This document shows, piece after piece, positions 1 to 16,676 of a DNA stretch of 64,000 nucleotides. The notes under the pieces are model-generated. The model was given only the letters and a program-made list of their open reading frames with translations, was not told where the DNA came from and did no database searches. This DNA is from Azolla caroliniana (lineage: Eukaryota; Plantae; Polypodiophyta): contig JBHGNT010000010.1 of the NCBI GenBank assembly GCA_043228905.1, forward strand, positions 5,828,001 through 5,892,000. The letters are read 5' to 3'. Position 1 is the first letter of the stretch, and every line of letters begins with the position of its first letter. A program made the position numbers and the translations under genes.

Positions 1-3091
<3,091 letters not shown>

Positions 3092-3349
3092 TTTTCTTGA
3101 CCAGCAGCAGCAGACCGATCGATCTCTTATGGGAAGGATGGATGCCACAAGAAAAGGATGAACGAGCAATGTCTTAATCGTCTGTGTCTGCGTGCTGCAC
3201 AGAAGATCGTGAGTCGAGAACAAGCACAGTACTTGCGTTGATACCACTGCTTGAGAGAGAGAGAGAGAGAGGTGGGGCTTAACCCTAGAGGTGGGACAGG
3301 CAGAGACAGAGACAGAAGGAATGTGAAGAAGAAGAAGAAGAAGAAGATA

Positions 3350-3800
3350 AGGTTATTATTATTAGCTCATTTATTTATTTATTATTTATTTATTTATTAA
3401 CTCGTTTATTTATTTATTTATGTATTAACTCATTTATTTATTTATTATTAGCTCATTTCTTTATTTATTTATGTATTAATTCATTTCTTTATTTATTAGC
3501 TCATTCTTTATTTATTTATTTATGTATTAACTCATTTATTTATTTATTAACTCATTTATTTATTTATTACTTTTTATTTTATTTATTTATCTATTTATGT
3601 ATTTTATTAACTCGTTTATTTATGTATGTTTTATTAACTCATTTATTTATGTATGTATTTATTAATTCATTTATTTATGTATGTTTTATTAACTCATTTA
3701 TTTATGTATGCATTTATTAACTCATTTATTTATGTATGTATTTTATTAACTCATTGATTTATGTATGTATTTATTAACTCATTTATTTATTTGATTTATC
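3350..3800. repeat. (TTTA)n / TATTAACTCATTTATTTA low-complexity tract upstream of PFP
   Basis: Directly visible degenerate TTTA repeats with a recurring ATTAACTCATTTATT unit. Confidence 0.9.
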
Positions 3801-4689
3801 TATTATTTCTCTTTACTATTTTTAATTCTCATTTTTCATTACTATTTCTTTTCTTTTCTTTTATTTCATATTCCCATTTTATTATCTTTTATTTTTATTT
3901 TTGCAGTTCTCGTTTTTTCCTCTTTTCCTTCTCCTTTTTGGATGTTTTTTTTTCCCCTACTTTATCTTTTTTCTTTATCTTTCTGTCATTGTTTTTTTTT
4001 TCTTTTAGTTCTATTTTGTGAGTTTTCCTCAATTTTGTTATCTTAAACCAATGGCATTATTGTATTTTTGAATTTGACTGGTTAGCATTTTTTTAATTGG
4101 CCAATTGCTACCTCATAAGGATTTTTAACCATTGGATTTTATTTTCCTTTTTTAATTAATTATCATATACATATATATGTATGTGTATCATTGTATGTAT
4201 GTATGTATGTATGTATATATATATATGTACACATACATACAGATATATATAATAATATATGTATATAGCATTTATATATTTATATATACATGTAATGTAT
4301 ATGTATGTATTTTGTTCATGCCAAGATTGCTTTCATCAAAACTTAGGTAATGAATTGAACTTCTCCTCAAATTGCGAGTCTCGTGTTTCCATCCGTGTGT
4401 GATGTTTGTAGTTTTAACTTTCTGAAATACAGAAGAGGCACAATTGAGGTACATGACAAAGTGCCCTCCAATTCGGAAAACATATATCAACGCAGAGTAC
4501 TATGGGAGCATCAACATGCAATTTCAAGACGATGATTAAATGCAACGAGAGTTCTAGCTCATGCCCCCCCTCCTACATGAGTTGATATAGATACAACTCA
4601 ATGGGTAACGCATGAACACGAGTAACCTTAGAATACTTTCGAAGGTTCTCTTTAATACGATTTAGGTTGTTAGACCTAACAATTAGCTA

Positions 4690-4960
4690 TCCCATCTTCC
4701 ATATTTCAACGGCTTTAGGCTTTGCTTCCATTAGAATGAAACCAACTTGCAATCTTCCCACCCTAAACGCTTTCAAAGAAATTACCACACATACAAATGT
4801 TTATGTATCCCTTTGATACACCTCTAGCCACAACAAAGTATGATAATCCTCAACATCTACTTGATCTGATTCAAATCGATCGCAATGTTGATCGTGATCA
4901 CCAAATCATCTACATGTAGCACAATGATTACTATTCTCTCACCTTCTATTTTGACTTCCC
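4690..4960 (-). mobile_element. Degraded Ty1/Copia reverse transcriptase fragment
   Basis: Translation IVIIVLHVDDLVIT resembles the Copia LYVDD motif. Stop codons follow. Confidence 0.6.
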
Positions 4961-5635
4961 CCTCAATCCCATCTAAAGTCCTTATTTTGTGAATTGAGTG
5001 GCTCAAAACCCAATGGCTAGTCCATGAGCTAATGTTCATTAATTAACTAAGTGAGGTATTAGAGTTAGTGCAAGAGGGCAGATTAAAGTTCACTTTGTTG
5101 ATACACTCAACAGTGTATGAGTAGGCAAGTATTACAACACAAAAATATTACGCATAAGAAATGAATATTTAGATTAAGAAAATAATGGTTTAAGGTTGCT
5201 TGACCACACTAACACCTCTAAGTGAAGGACAACATGTTATAATAAAATATTATCGGTGTTCCATACCACCAAATGTTACCTTATGTTATAATTTGTGTTG
5301 AGATGAATGGATATGGAAGAAGAGAGCTTTGCCTCACCAATGGCATCTCGACAACATCTCAAGCAACCACGACGAAGGGGGTAACTAGTCCCGTGTAAAT
5401 TGGCCAACAAAATCTACTTACCTTTCGTCTACTTTTATTTGGCCTATTGATTAGTAATAGACTCTTAACACATTACCACTCATACAAGAACACTTGGACT
5501 AACACAGAGTTGAATGCCATTAATCTCACTTCCCATCATCCATTATCATTGTTGGTTGCATTGATTCTTAAACTTATAATAATATCCCAACCCTCTTGAA
5601 TTCTAGACTCATTACATATATTTCACCTATTTGTC

Positions 5636-5895
5636 GATAGGACATTAATACCAAGATATCAGAAGCTTTACATCGCTTGTATTGGTTTTCCCTTGTATAT
5701 AAAAGCAAGGTAGTGTCTCTGTTGTATTGCCATTATTTTGTTTTGTCTACATTAATAGTTAACCTGATAGGATAGTAATACCAAGATATAAGAAGCTTTG
5801 CATCGCTTGTATTCGTTTTCCCTTGAATATAGAAGTGGGGTAGTGTCTTTGATGTATCACCGTTATTTTTGTTTTGTCTACATTAATGGCTTGAC
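5636..5895. repeat. Tandem duplication, ~130-bp unit x2
   Basis: GATAGGA..TAATACCAAGATAT.AGAAGCTTT.CATCGCTTGTATT..TTTTGTCTACATTAAT occurs at ~5636 and ~5766. Confidence 0.85.
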
Positions 5896-6433
5896 CCTTG
5901 TGCTGCTTGATAAGTACTTTGAAACGCCACTATCCATTTTCATTTAAGATCTAACTTGCTCATACAATCATGCTACAACTACTTTATATGCTTTTGGCAT
6001 TATGATATGTATCATTCTTTTCCTACGCTCACTCCTTGTGGAAGGGTGTGGAGGTACATATGGACTCGAAAGCCATTTGATCAATCAGGGCTAGTGAATG
6101 CACACATGTCCGTCTAGTGTGTCGAGCTGGAGCGTTCCAATCGCTTGTCTTTTTTATCAGGATAATCTCGTGGAGTAGAGGGCAAGCAGGGCAGGGCAAG
6201 GCAAGGCAAGGGTCAATGAGAACCAAAGATTGCAAACATATCGGGCCGGTTGTGATGAAGACGGAGATGTGGTTGTGACAATTATAATGAAGCGAGACTA
6301 AACCTAGTGGTGCCCGAATCCGAATGTGCTTGCGGTGCCACCTCTCGGAGGAGATTGCCACCACCCCCCCCCCCTTAAAAAATACTCTAATTTCTTTACT
6401 TTTCCTCTTTCCCCACATTGGTCTTTTCAATTA

Positions 6434-6464
<31 letters not shown>

Positions 6465-6810
6465 GCAAATAAATAAATATATAAGCAAATAAATATATGA
6501 GCTCCCATTTAAAAATAAATAAATAAATAAATAGATAGTAGATAGTCTTGGTCTTCCAATTATAAATAAATGAATTAATGAAATAAAACAAAACAAACAA
6601 ATAAAACTGCAACCGTCTATTTTGTTTTGCTCTGTTTTTCAACTCTTAATTCTCTATGTGTGCGTGCGTTTCCTCTGTTTCTGTGGATTCTCTGTCTCTT
6701 CGTGTTATGGAGAAACCTGCATCTTCTTCTTCTTCTTCTTCTTCTGGACAGATTCTTCCTTAACTGCGGAATATAAAGAAATAAAAGGAGTCAGTGTCAG
6801 AAGATAAAAA

Positions 6811-7861
6811 ATGAGCGAAGAGATAGATAAGCACGTCCTCCGTAAGTACCATGTCTGCCAAAAGCTCGGTAAAGGGGTAAGTTATCCTCTCTCTCTCTCT
6901 CTCTCTCTTATTTCGTTTATCTATTTTCTTTTCCCTTTTTTTTTAAACTGTAGTTTTAGATGTTGATACGATGCATAATTTGTTTTTCTTGTGTTTCTTC
7001 TTTCCGAATTCTTATGATTCCATTAAAGTGAAATTTGTACACATGATGCAGAAATTATGTTGTTTTTTTCCCCCTTTCCGAACCCTTTGATGCTTTTGAA
7101 GTGAAATTTGTATATGCATTTTTTTTTTCCTTTCCAAATTCATTGGTATTGTTGATTGGAGCTTGTAGATATCCATTTCCAAAATCCTTTGATAAGTCGC
7201 AGCAAATTTTGACATATGTATGACGCTTATGTTTTTCAAATTCACTGCTAAACACAACATATATGAGAATCTATCCATCCTATGTGTTGATTTTTTGCGG
7301 AACACAAATAATATGGAAAATGATCGCATGATATATGCGTAAATTCACTCCAGAACACAAGGAATACGAAAATGTAGGAATTAAATACTTCTTGATATGT
7401 AGCCAAATTCCTAGCATTTCATTTCGCAAATGTGTATACAAAGAATATGAAAACGTACAAATCATAATACGTCCAGATATGTAGCAAAATTCCTAGAAAT
7501 CGTTTTGCATATGTATATAACAGAACAGAGTATGAAGATAAGACTGTAGAGCATTTATTTCTGATTTGACATACTGAACATTTGTTAATGCACACAATTT
7601 TTTTTCAAATTCCTTGCATGTTGTTTAGTCTGTAATCTATGCATAACTGTAATGGAGAATGAAGATCAAAGCTTTCTGTTGGTGTATCATCATCAAATCT
7701 CAAAATTTAGGCAATTAATAACCGTTGTGCACACAATTATTGGTTTTAAAAAAACAAGACATTGGCATTGTCGATTATTAAGAACAGTGTCGTAAGTGGA
7801 AAATTATTGATTTCCAAAGGACCAAAAAGTTATTAGATGAATTTTCTTGCTTAAGAATTGA

Positions 7862-7898
<37 letters not shown>

Positions 7899-10800
7899 AA
7901 TGAAACCATGTGTGTTGATTCTTGTTCATGAGCACAAAATTGCAACAAAATGGTCCAGTTTAAGAAGTAATTGAGTTCTTGCTAAATAAATGAACTCTTG
8001 TTCAGGCCTATGGCATTGTATGGAAAGCTGTTGAGAGAAGAACAAATGATGTGGTGGCCCTTAAAAAGATTTTCGATGCATTTCAGAATTCCACAGATGC
8101 TCAGGCAGGTTAATCATATCCAGGAAATAAAGCTTCTCATTTGTCAGAAATGAACAAGTGTAAATTTTTTATGCATATTATGTGTGTAGAAGACTCTGCA
8201 ATCTTACTAACTTTTATGTTTTGAACAATATTCTTCAAACTGGACAGAGAACTTTCAGAGAAGTGATGTTCTTGCAGGAGCTAAATGACCACGAGAACAT
8301 TATAAAGTAAATGTTTTGATTTTGCAAATTTTGAAAGTTTAAACTGGAAAGTTCTATAATAGACCACATTAAATTTTACTTTCTCAGTTGATGAACATAA
8401 TTTAAGACCGAATAAATATACAAATGAAAAAGCTGACTGATGGAGTCTTTTGATATCTCATTTGAGTTGTTAAAGCTTGAGGATTCTAATTGATGTAATC
8501 CTAACCAGTGGTGACCAAAATACTGAGCTTTAATCTTCAGAATTGAAGTGTTCAATTATTAGAAAGAGAATTTGTTGTTCACAACTTTCTTCCAATTTAC
8601 CCTTTACATCTCTTCAATCTCCCTGCTGTCTCTACAAGGATACAAATTTGGATCCCTTATCAGAATGTAATGCGTGGTATATATTTGTTATGGAATAATA
8701 TGCGACTGTAACTTATATGGATGATAAATTTAACTGTAGAAGTAGGTATGGGAGGGTCCTCGTTAAATACTCATGTGTGCAACTTGTTTGGTTGCAAATG
8801 TAATAGTGCATGTCATCATATTTGATGGCTACATTCTCTGCACAACACTTTCCATTAAATCTTACAATTTCTGATTTATAAAACTAACATATACTTCAAT
8901 GCATTTCCTTCTGTGATCACAGTGGAACAATGTAATATTTATTCTCCATTGGGGGATTTCTTGTAGGTTGTTCCTCATGTTGCATGTTTTCTACTTCATT
9001 TTTTATTATTGCAGGTTATTGAATGTTCTAAAGGCTGAGAATGATCGTGACCTTTACCTAGTATTTGAATACATGGGTATGTTTCATGGTAGTTGTATTT
9101 TGAATATTGAAGCATAGGCTGTTTATATAAATTGCAACATGAGCACTTCGAAGGCTAATGCACCTTTTCACTGCAGAGACTGATTTACATGCTGTCATTA
9201 GAGCTAATATCCTTGAGGATGTACATAAACAGGTTCCAGTTTGATTTCTTCCATACTAGCTAAAAATGATGATGAAAGCTATAGAAGCTCAGATGATGCA
9301 TTATGGGTTTCGACATGTTCTAACTCAAACTTTGAATTCTTACAATCTGCATGATTTCGTATATTATTTGCAGTTCATTATGTATCAGCTCTTTAAATCA
9401 TTGAAATACTTACATTCTGCGGAGTTGCTGCATCGAGATATCAAAGTAAGAATAGATGTGGAATGTATGAAATGAAATTTAAGCTGAAATTTCATGTATT
9501 ATCATAATATATGAGCATTTCTTGGTTCTTTCTAGCCAAGCAATATGTTATTGGATTCAGACTGTCAAGTAAAACTGGCAGATTTTGGCTTAGCTCGCTC
9601 GGTAAGTTCTGTCTTGCATTATCTGCATGACTTTAGTGATCATACAACTTCCTTTAATATCAAGGCCCTCTATCAAGTGTTGTGTTTTCTTAATGAATGG
9701 ATGCAGATTGCACAATTAAAAGATGATAGTGGTCAAATCCCAGTTTTGACGGATTATGTCGCAACTCGATGGTAGGATTATTCAACTCTCAAACACAAAG
9801 TGAATTGTGTTTTAACTGAACATTAGATAGAAAGTAATGTAATTGGAGAAGGATGAAATAAACCCTTGAAGTTACTCTGATCTTGGAATTTAGATGGTGA
9901 TAGAATATGAAATTGAAATACATCAGAAACATTTAGCAAACAAGCATGGAGATAGGTCTTACAGAAAAGACTTAATAAAGGGTATCTTGATTTACATTTC
10001 TTCTCTTGAGAAGATGAGGCTGTATGTGGAATGAAGATCCCACATGTTTGGCTTAGTATTAAGGCATTTTATTTATCAAATTTCTGTGAAAGGTAGAGAT
10101 AGGATATTTCTTTACACTGGTAATGATATGGGTTACATATGAAGGTTGTAATCCTCAAAGATGAGAGAACCCTAATGTGAGCCTCTCAATCAATATTCAG
10201 AAGACAGTAGCTCATCCTAATTATATGTGCAAGTTGTGCTATTTGTGTCCTATATTGAGTAGATAACACAGGACTGAGAGATTTTGCAATATTCAAACAA
10301 TGGATCATTTGATGTGGGTTCCTCGAGTAAGAAAAATTCTTATCGTAAAGGCATGTACATTGTGATGGCTATTTGTAAGTGAGGAGAAGTTATTCTTTTA
10401 ACCTTCTCGTCTACTGCCATACTAGAAAACTTTCCTGTTAAATAAGAGTTACATTATACATGCATGTATGTTATATCATGTGCAGCTGTGCTTACTCATT
10501 TATAAGGGCATCTAAGATCTTTTGCATATTTAAATGTTTAGAGTTGAACATTGTTATATTCCCTAAATGTTTCTGAAAAGGTACACTATCTGTTATTTAA
10601 ACCAGGTACAGAGCCCCGGAAATTCTGCTTGGCTCAACAAAGTATGGTACTACTATACATTCATACTGAATTCAATTACATGAATGGTGGTTTTTGACGT
10701 AACTTATAGAACATAGAGGTGAAGTAAAACACGCTCATTTTTACTCAATATTTTCCACTAGATATACTTTTGGAGTTGATATGTGGTCAAGTGGTTGTAT

Positions 10801-13415
10801 TTTGGGGGAGCTATTAAATGGGAAGCCCATATTTCCAGGTAAAAGCGAATATTCTTGTTTGAAATGTTTTGCCGTTAATATGCATGTTTTATTATCATGG
10901 ACAGTTTTTGTATTTCAAGAAATTGAAAACGTTATTCTCAAATATATATATGACTTTGTTTTCTTGCATTTTTGTGTTTTTGTTTAAAGTTCTGACTTTC
11001 TATATGAGAACTCTCCACCATTTCTCTCTTACTATATATTGCTGTTTTTCTGTGTTGTAATGATTTGTGATATTCATTATCTATTTTGGGCACTCATCTC
11101 AATCTGCATCCGCTTCATTTTTTCATTCTTTATTTCAGTGTCTAATTTTGACAATGACTGCCCAATTTTAGTATTATCAGTGTCAATCAAACCTCTGGCT
11201 ATAGTATATATATTAAATAGTTCATACTTGAGTGTTGTAAAAAAGTTTTGTTTTCAAATAGTATAATTTACTCGTATTTGGCTCATTTTCTACTCAGTGA
11301 TGAAACTACACTTTCTAGGATTAAACTAAGCTACCAGCCTAGTAGGCAGTGCCACATATGTTTGGGTGCATGTGTAGTCTCCGTGTGCTGCACAGAATAC
11401 TTCTATAGATCGATGGAGTTTTGCTTCCTGTCGATATCGTTGTTTACCTAGGGGCCAGACCGGTGTTTACCCTCTTGGTGGCAAACTGGGTGGAGGTGGT
11501 TGTCGAATACCTCCGAGCTGCTAACTCACTTAATGATATGTGATTAGCGCTTATATCTCTCTCACTCTCTCACACTCGCTCTCTTAGACAAATAGAAATC
11601 AAGAATGTATTTATTAAACCCTCTTGCTAAGAGGTCTAGCACCAACAAGGATGAGAGATTAGTGTCTTTCTACTAAACACTAGCACTAATCTCTCTTAAG
11701 CTTGCTTAGAACTCTAATCACTTAGGAGAACTTTGCAAATGGAGGAACCCTTACAAAGACACGGGTTTTACATTGTGGACGTGGCCATTTTACACTTGGC
11801 TGCCTCTTGGCTTGCCCTATCCTCTATCAGTTCTTACTACTTCCCTTTCGTGTGCCCTTTAGTTGTTCGATATCCTTGTTGATGCGCTCTTCTTCACGAC
11901 CAAATCATGATGCATTCCAATTGCTTAACAGTGAACATGTAGTTGATAATTGATTGTTTTAGCATCCAATGATAAGAATACGATCCCCAAGGGAGCATAA
12001 AATAGTCACTTTGCTTCATAGCTGAAATAATTAATCAATGCAATAAAAATAAGACATGGATGGGATCCTTTAATACGATTTATTAATGTCCGTCAAATCT
12101 CATTCTTTTCCTAATTATTTAATATGGAATTAAAGCCATTTCGGTGTTTGTCTTCTAATCCTCATTCCTTGCCCATTTACTTTGTTTGGAATTAAATATT
12201 ATACCTCACATTAACATTACCTTCAAATAAAGGACAGGTACATCTACCATGAATCAGATAGAAAAAGTTCTGGATTTGCTTGGAAAACCAGATCTGGTAC
12301 TTCTTTTTCATGCATGATTGAATTTGATTAGATGCTTTCCTACATCAATCTGCATGTTCCGAAAAAGCTCACGCCCTTATTTGTTTTTATGTGGTTCTGA
12401 TAATGTGACGAAGGAAGACATAGCAGCATTAGAGTCTCCATTTGCTGTAACAATGCTAGAGAATATGAATTGTGGCAGTGCAAGGTATGCAATACCATTA
12501 TTGGTATCGGAAAAAGGCATCAGCATTGATGCTGATTATTATGTCTCTCATGTGGTGGATTAAGTTAATGAAATGTTGACTTTTTGTTATGAATTTTCTT
12601 TTTGTAATGTGTTCTTCCATACTCTGTACTTTCAAAAGGTTTCTTTCGTGTCATACCTATAAATATGTTATTCATGCCACGCATCAGAAATTTTCCATAA
12701 CAATGTCTCAAGGTCTAGGCAAATTTGTGTGCTGTTTTGTTTATCTTGCATTGAGGAACTATATAAATTTGCAATCACTCATTTTGTTAGTGCTTTACCT
12801 AGTACTACAGGTCTTTTAGGAAAGCTTTTCCAACTGCTTCACCTGAAGCTGAAGATTTATTGCGAAGATTGCTTCATTTTAACCCTCATAAAAGGCTGAC
12901 AGCAGAGGTAAAATATTCATTGGTTTTGTACAAAACTTTATGTCAAATATAAGTTATATTCAACATTGCTATGCTTAGATAGACTTGTTTTTCCGAATGT
13001 TTCGTATTTTCCTATGTAAAAGGATCTGAGTTTCTTCTGAAACATTGCTCTTTGACTTTGTAGCAAGCATTGCAACATCCTTACCTTGCGCAATTTCATA
13101 GCCCCATGGAAGAGCCTGTATGCAGCCGGTTGATCAGAATACCAATAGATGATAACACCAAGTGAGTATTTTCAACCACTCAAGTGAATTGTTTTTAAAC
13201 TCCATATATAAACCTTTCTGAAAGAGTGTTTGCTATTTATTAACTATAGATTTACAATACAAGAGTATCGAGAACGGCTTTATGCTGAAATAGTTTCTCG
13301 AAAGAAGGAGATACGAAGAAAGATGAGAGAAAAGGAACGCATAGAGAAAGATTCTTCATCGAGAATGGCAAGACGGTCCTCAAAATACCGTTCTAATGGA
13401 ACTAGTCAATCATGA
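6811..13415 (+). CDS. MAPK15: Atypical MAP kinase of the MAPK15/ERK7/ERK8 type (TDY activation loop), 15 exons
   Basis: Exons 6811-6876, 8006-8104, 8248-8306, 9015-9076, 9177-9232, 9374-9445, 9536-9601, 9707-9771, 10606-10641, 10762-10838, 12238-12296, 12414-12484, 12811-12907, 13064-13161, 13250-13415 splice in frame. Protein: [106 protein letters not shown]. The [21 protein letters not shown] and DLHAVIR motifs are characteristic of ERK7/8. Confidence 0.93.
11301..11930 (-). mobile_element. Probable solo LTR in MAPK intron 10
   Basis: 630-bp block of higher GC with TG..CA termini (minus strand TGTTAAG...GTTTCA). It is flanked by a GTGA direct repeat at 11297-11300 and 11931-11934. Confidence 0.5.
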
Positions 13416-14185
13416 ACCTTATTTTTGCATATACCTCTTGTGATGCTTTTAACACGGGTTTTGTTGTAATTGTGTTGGTAATCATTAATCTCCATTACCT
13501 ATTTTTGACACCTTGTCTAGGTTTTGGATTACTAGATCATAACTACATGTGCAATTATAGATTATCCTTGCATGTTTTTTATCAATTAGAACAAAGAGTG
13601 AACATTACAGATGTTTTGAACAAGGGAACTGAGGTTTGTTCATAAAGAAACACTGAGATTTTGCAAGTAAGAGGTTATGGTTGTTTTCTCACAAATGATG
13701 CAAATGGTTTATTCTAAACACATATCATTTTGCAATCTAGCTCATACAATAAGACCTATTTGGATTTCAACCTTTATATATTCAAAAGTTTTTACCGCCA
13801 GTTCATGCGTCAAAGAAATGTAGCACATCTTTTTTTGCTCCTATTGCTAAATTTTACGAGTCAATATTGATTGGATTTTTATTGACATTCCAAACAAAAT
13901 GTAGCCAATATCATCATATACCGAACCCAACATTTGTGCATCTTCAAGATCAACACAATTTCCCTCTCTTAAGTATTGCAAGTTATGGTAAGATAGATGG
14001 AATTTATTATCTTCCTTAGAGTTCAAATATGATGAGTGGGGTTGGCAACCGGTGGCTTTAGGATTTTGGCAAACCATAAGCTTTCTTTTGGTTTGTTTCA
14101 CATTATAATCCTTTATAAAATTCCAACATTTTAGAAGTATCTAATTAAATTTCTGCTCGGAAAATCTCAATAATTAACCAATTAA

Positions 14186-14637
14186 AATGGACCATGGGTT
14201 TTACACTAAAAATGGAAGTGTTCGTACATTATCACTGATGTCATTACAGTTTTCAGGAGTAAGGAAGGAAGTTCAGCCAATATGGGAGATATTGAGTAGT
14301 ACCACTGTCTATCACATTTGGAAAGCTCGGTGTTCTCTCGTTTTCCATAATCTGAAAACACCACCTGCTGAAGTGATTTCAAATATTTGGTTAGAGATAG
14401 TTCATGCTTTGAAGGGTCAATGGGATGGTATAGTGGGAGATTCTGATGCTAAAATTGCTCAACGGCATGAGTTTCTTATTATCTGGACAGCTACTCCATT
14501 TGTGACATCCAGGTACACTACTCCTTATTGGCATTTTCAGCCACCGAAATGGTTGTTTCCCCCGCCGATTACATAGAGGTTTAAAATCTTGTAATTTGTT
14601 TATACTAATGACAGGATATCTTCTTTAAAAAAAATAA
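14186..14637 (+). mobile_element. 5'-truncated LINE (non-LTR retrotransposon) insertion: ORF2 C-terminus, A-tail and 17-bp TSD
   Basis: ORF 14187-14576 contains WEILSSTTVYHIWKARCSLVF, like the IWxxRN..F end of L1 ORF2. A-rich tail at 14627-14637. Perfect TSD AATAATTAACCAATTAA at 14169-14185 and 14638-14654. Confidence 0.85.
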
Positions 14638-14845
14638 AATAATTAACCAATTAATTGCAATGCACACTCCCCTAAGAGCCTTGGGAGATTGGATTCTGTG
14701 AGCGAGGAAAGGATGGTGAGCTCAATGAAATTTTCATGCAATTACTCCGCGTTGAGGCAAGGGCCCAAACAATTGAAATTGCTCATTGTCTACCGAAACA
14801 GAAAAAAATCTTTCGATTTGGCTTGTCAACAATATATATAATGAG

Positions 14846-15371
14846 TAGCTATGGGCCTGGTTTCAGCTCAAACTGAATTGCACTATTAAGCCATGGTTTA
14901 ATAGTAACGGTTCCAATATGATTAAACGGTTTAGTTTGGTTCAATTATTATTAAACGGTTTGGTTCTAAAACTCTAGTTTTATCGGTTTGTTTTTGGTTA
15001 ACTTTTTTTATTTCCTTAATAGTTTATTAATTTAATGTTATTTTATTGATTTAATTAATTTAACTTAAATGTTTATTTAATTGAATATTTTTTTAAAAAT
15101 AAAATTATTTGACTTAAATGCTTATTAAAATTAATGTATTTTTATTTGTTTAATTTTTTAATGAAATTTACTTAAATGGTTAGGTTCAATTTGTGATTTG
15201 GTTTTGTGTGGTTTCAACTTTTTTGTAAACGGTTTGGTTTACCTTTTCTTAAATGGTTTGGAACTGTATAAATGTTGGTTTGGTTTTTGTTTTCAAGTAA
15301 ATGGTTCGATTCAGTTTGGTTTCAAGGCAAAGAAACCATACTAAACTAAAACCGAACCGTGCCCATAGCTA
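14846..15371. mobile_element. hAT-type MITE
   Basis: 11-bp TIR TAGCTATGGGC / GCCCATAGCTA. 8-bp TSD ATAATGAG / ATAATTAG (7/8). AACGG/GGTTT subterminal repeats and an AT-rich core. Confidence 0.8.
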
Positions 15372-16381
15372 ATAATTAGTCCAACCCTAATTTTTAAAAT
15401 AAATTGAAACTTTATGGATAACCGAGTAATGCCTTTTGAAATGTACAAAACCATTATGTATAATTGAATATTTGATTGGAAATATGTAAATACTACATGA
15501 TTAGTTTCTAATAACTAAACATCGACACTTTCATAGGGTACTACTTCATACAATATTTGCACCCACATTGTTTCCTTCTAATATTTATTGGAGTTTAGCT
15601 TCCATTGCACAACATATTCTGACATGATAATGCAATATAAGTTGTCCTTATCAATACAAATACAAATAGTGAAAGTTTGGTCTATTGGTCAAGCTAGAAG
15701 TAAGAAGAGTGACTAAAGGTTAACTATGTATTGCAACCTGTGTTCATAAGTTATAACATTGCCTTTTGCTCTTACCATGTCAACTCTTCCTATCATTGTA
15801 AACCTATGATTCACCAAAGTATTGGATCGCTCAACCACTACAAGCAAAAATGAGATAGGTTTTGACCAATCTTGGACATAATGTTAGTGTGCATAATTTT
15901 GTGCAACTAAAATCATATATATTGATCGTAATAAGTTCCAATGGAAACAACATTGAGCCTAGAAAATGCACTTATGTGGAACTCAGTGCACTCTAATTGA
16001 CAATCAATCATAGAAGACAACCATCATTTACTGTTTTAACTACTAACATCTACTCGTAAGGGGCAAGCAATGAATTCCATCTAGTGACACAGATAATTTT
16101 AGACAACATGCAAGAGGGTTGCATCCATGCGACTTAGAAAGCACGATGTGACCACTTTGTTTGATGGAGGTTGATGGGACTATAGTTATGACTTGTATGA
16201 ATATGAGAAATACGGAAAAACTTTCAAAGCATATTTGAAGGAAGTAAATGTTTTGAACTTGGAAGTGTACTTCAAAACTTTCCCTCAAAAATATCAAAAG
16301 AAACACAAACTACATTCATTACACTTGGACTTCATGAATTTAGTCATTACACCGATCTTAAATTTCTTGTGTATTAATTTA

Positions 16382-16525
16382 TAGGGATCAACGGCTCGGC
16401 TCAAGCCTAAACCGTTTTGCTAAACAGGCTTAGCGGCTCGGCTCAAGCCTAAACCGTTTTGCTAAACAGGCTTAGCGGCTCGGCTTGAGCCTGGCCAAAC
16501 CGGTTCAAACCGGTTAAGCCGTTTA
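16382..16525 (+). mobile_element. Left end of a hAT-like element with tandem subterminal repeats
   Basis: Starts TAGGGATCAAC (compare Ac/Ds TIR TAGGGATGAAA). Followed by two exact copies of the ~44-bp unit CGGCTCGGCTCAAGCCTAAACCGTTTTGCTAAACAGGCTTAG and by AACCGG motifs. Confidence 0.55.
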
Positions 16526-16641
16526 TGATTTAATAATTAGGTTAGACAAACAAAAACGTAAAGGTTAGAAATTAGAGAGACAGACTGACTGAGAGGAAGC
16601 CATAGTCATAGCCATAGCCATAGCCACAGCCGCATAGACGT

Positions 16642-16676
<35 letters not shown>

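Noticed and set aside
6029-6430. 133-aa ORF or ncRNA upstream of the MAPK
   Set aside because: No recognisable domain, it runs through simple repeats, and there is no convincing snoRNA or tRNA structure.
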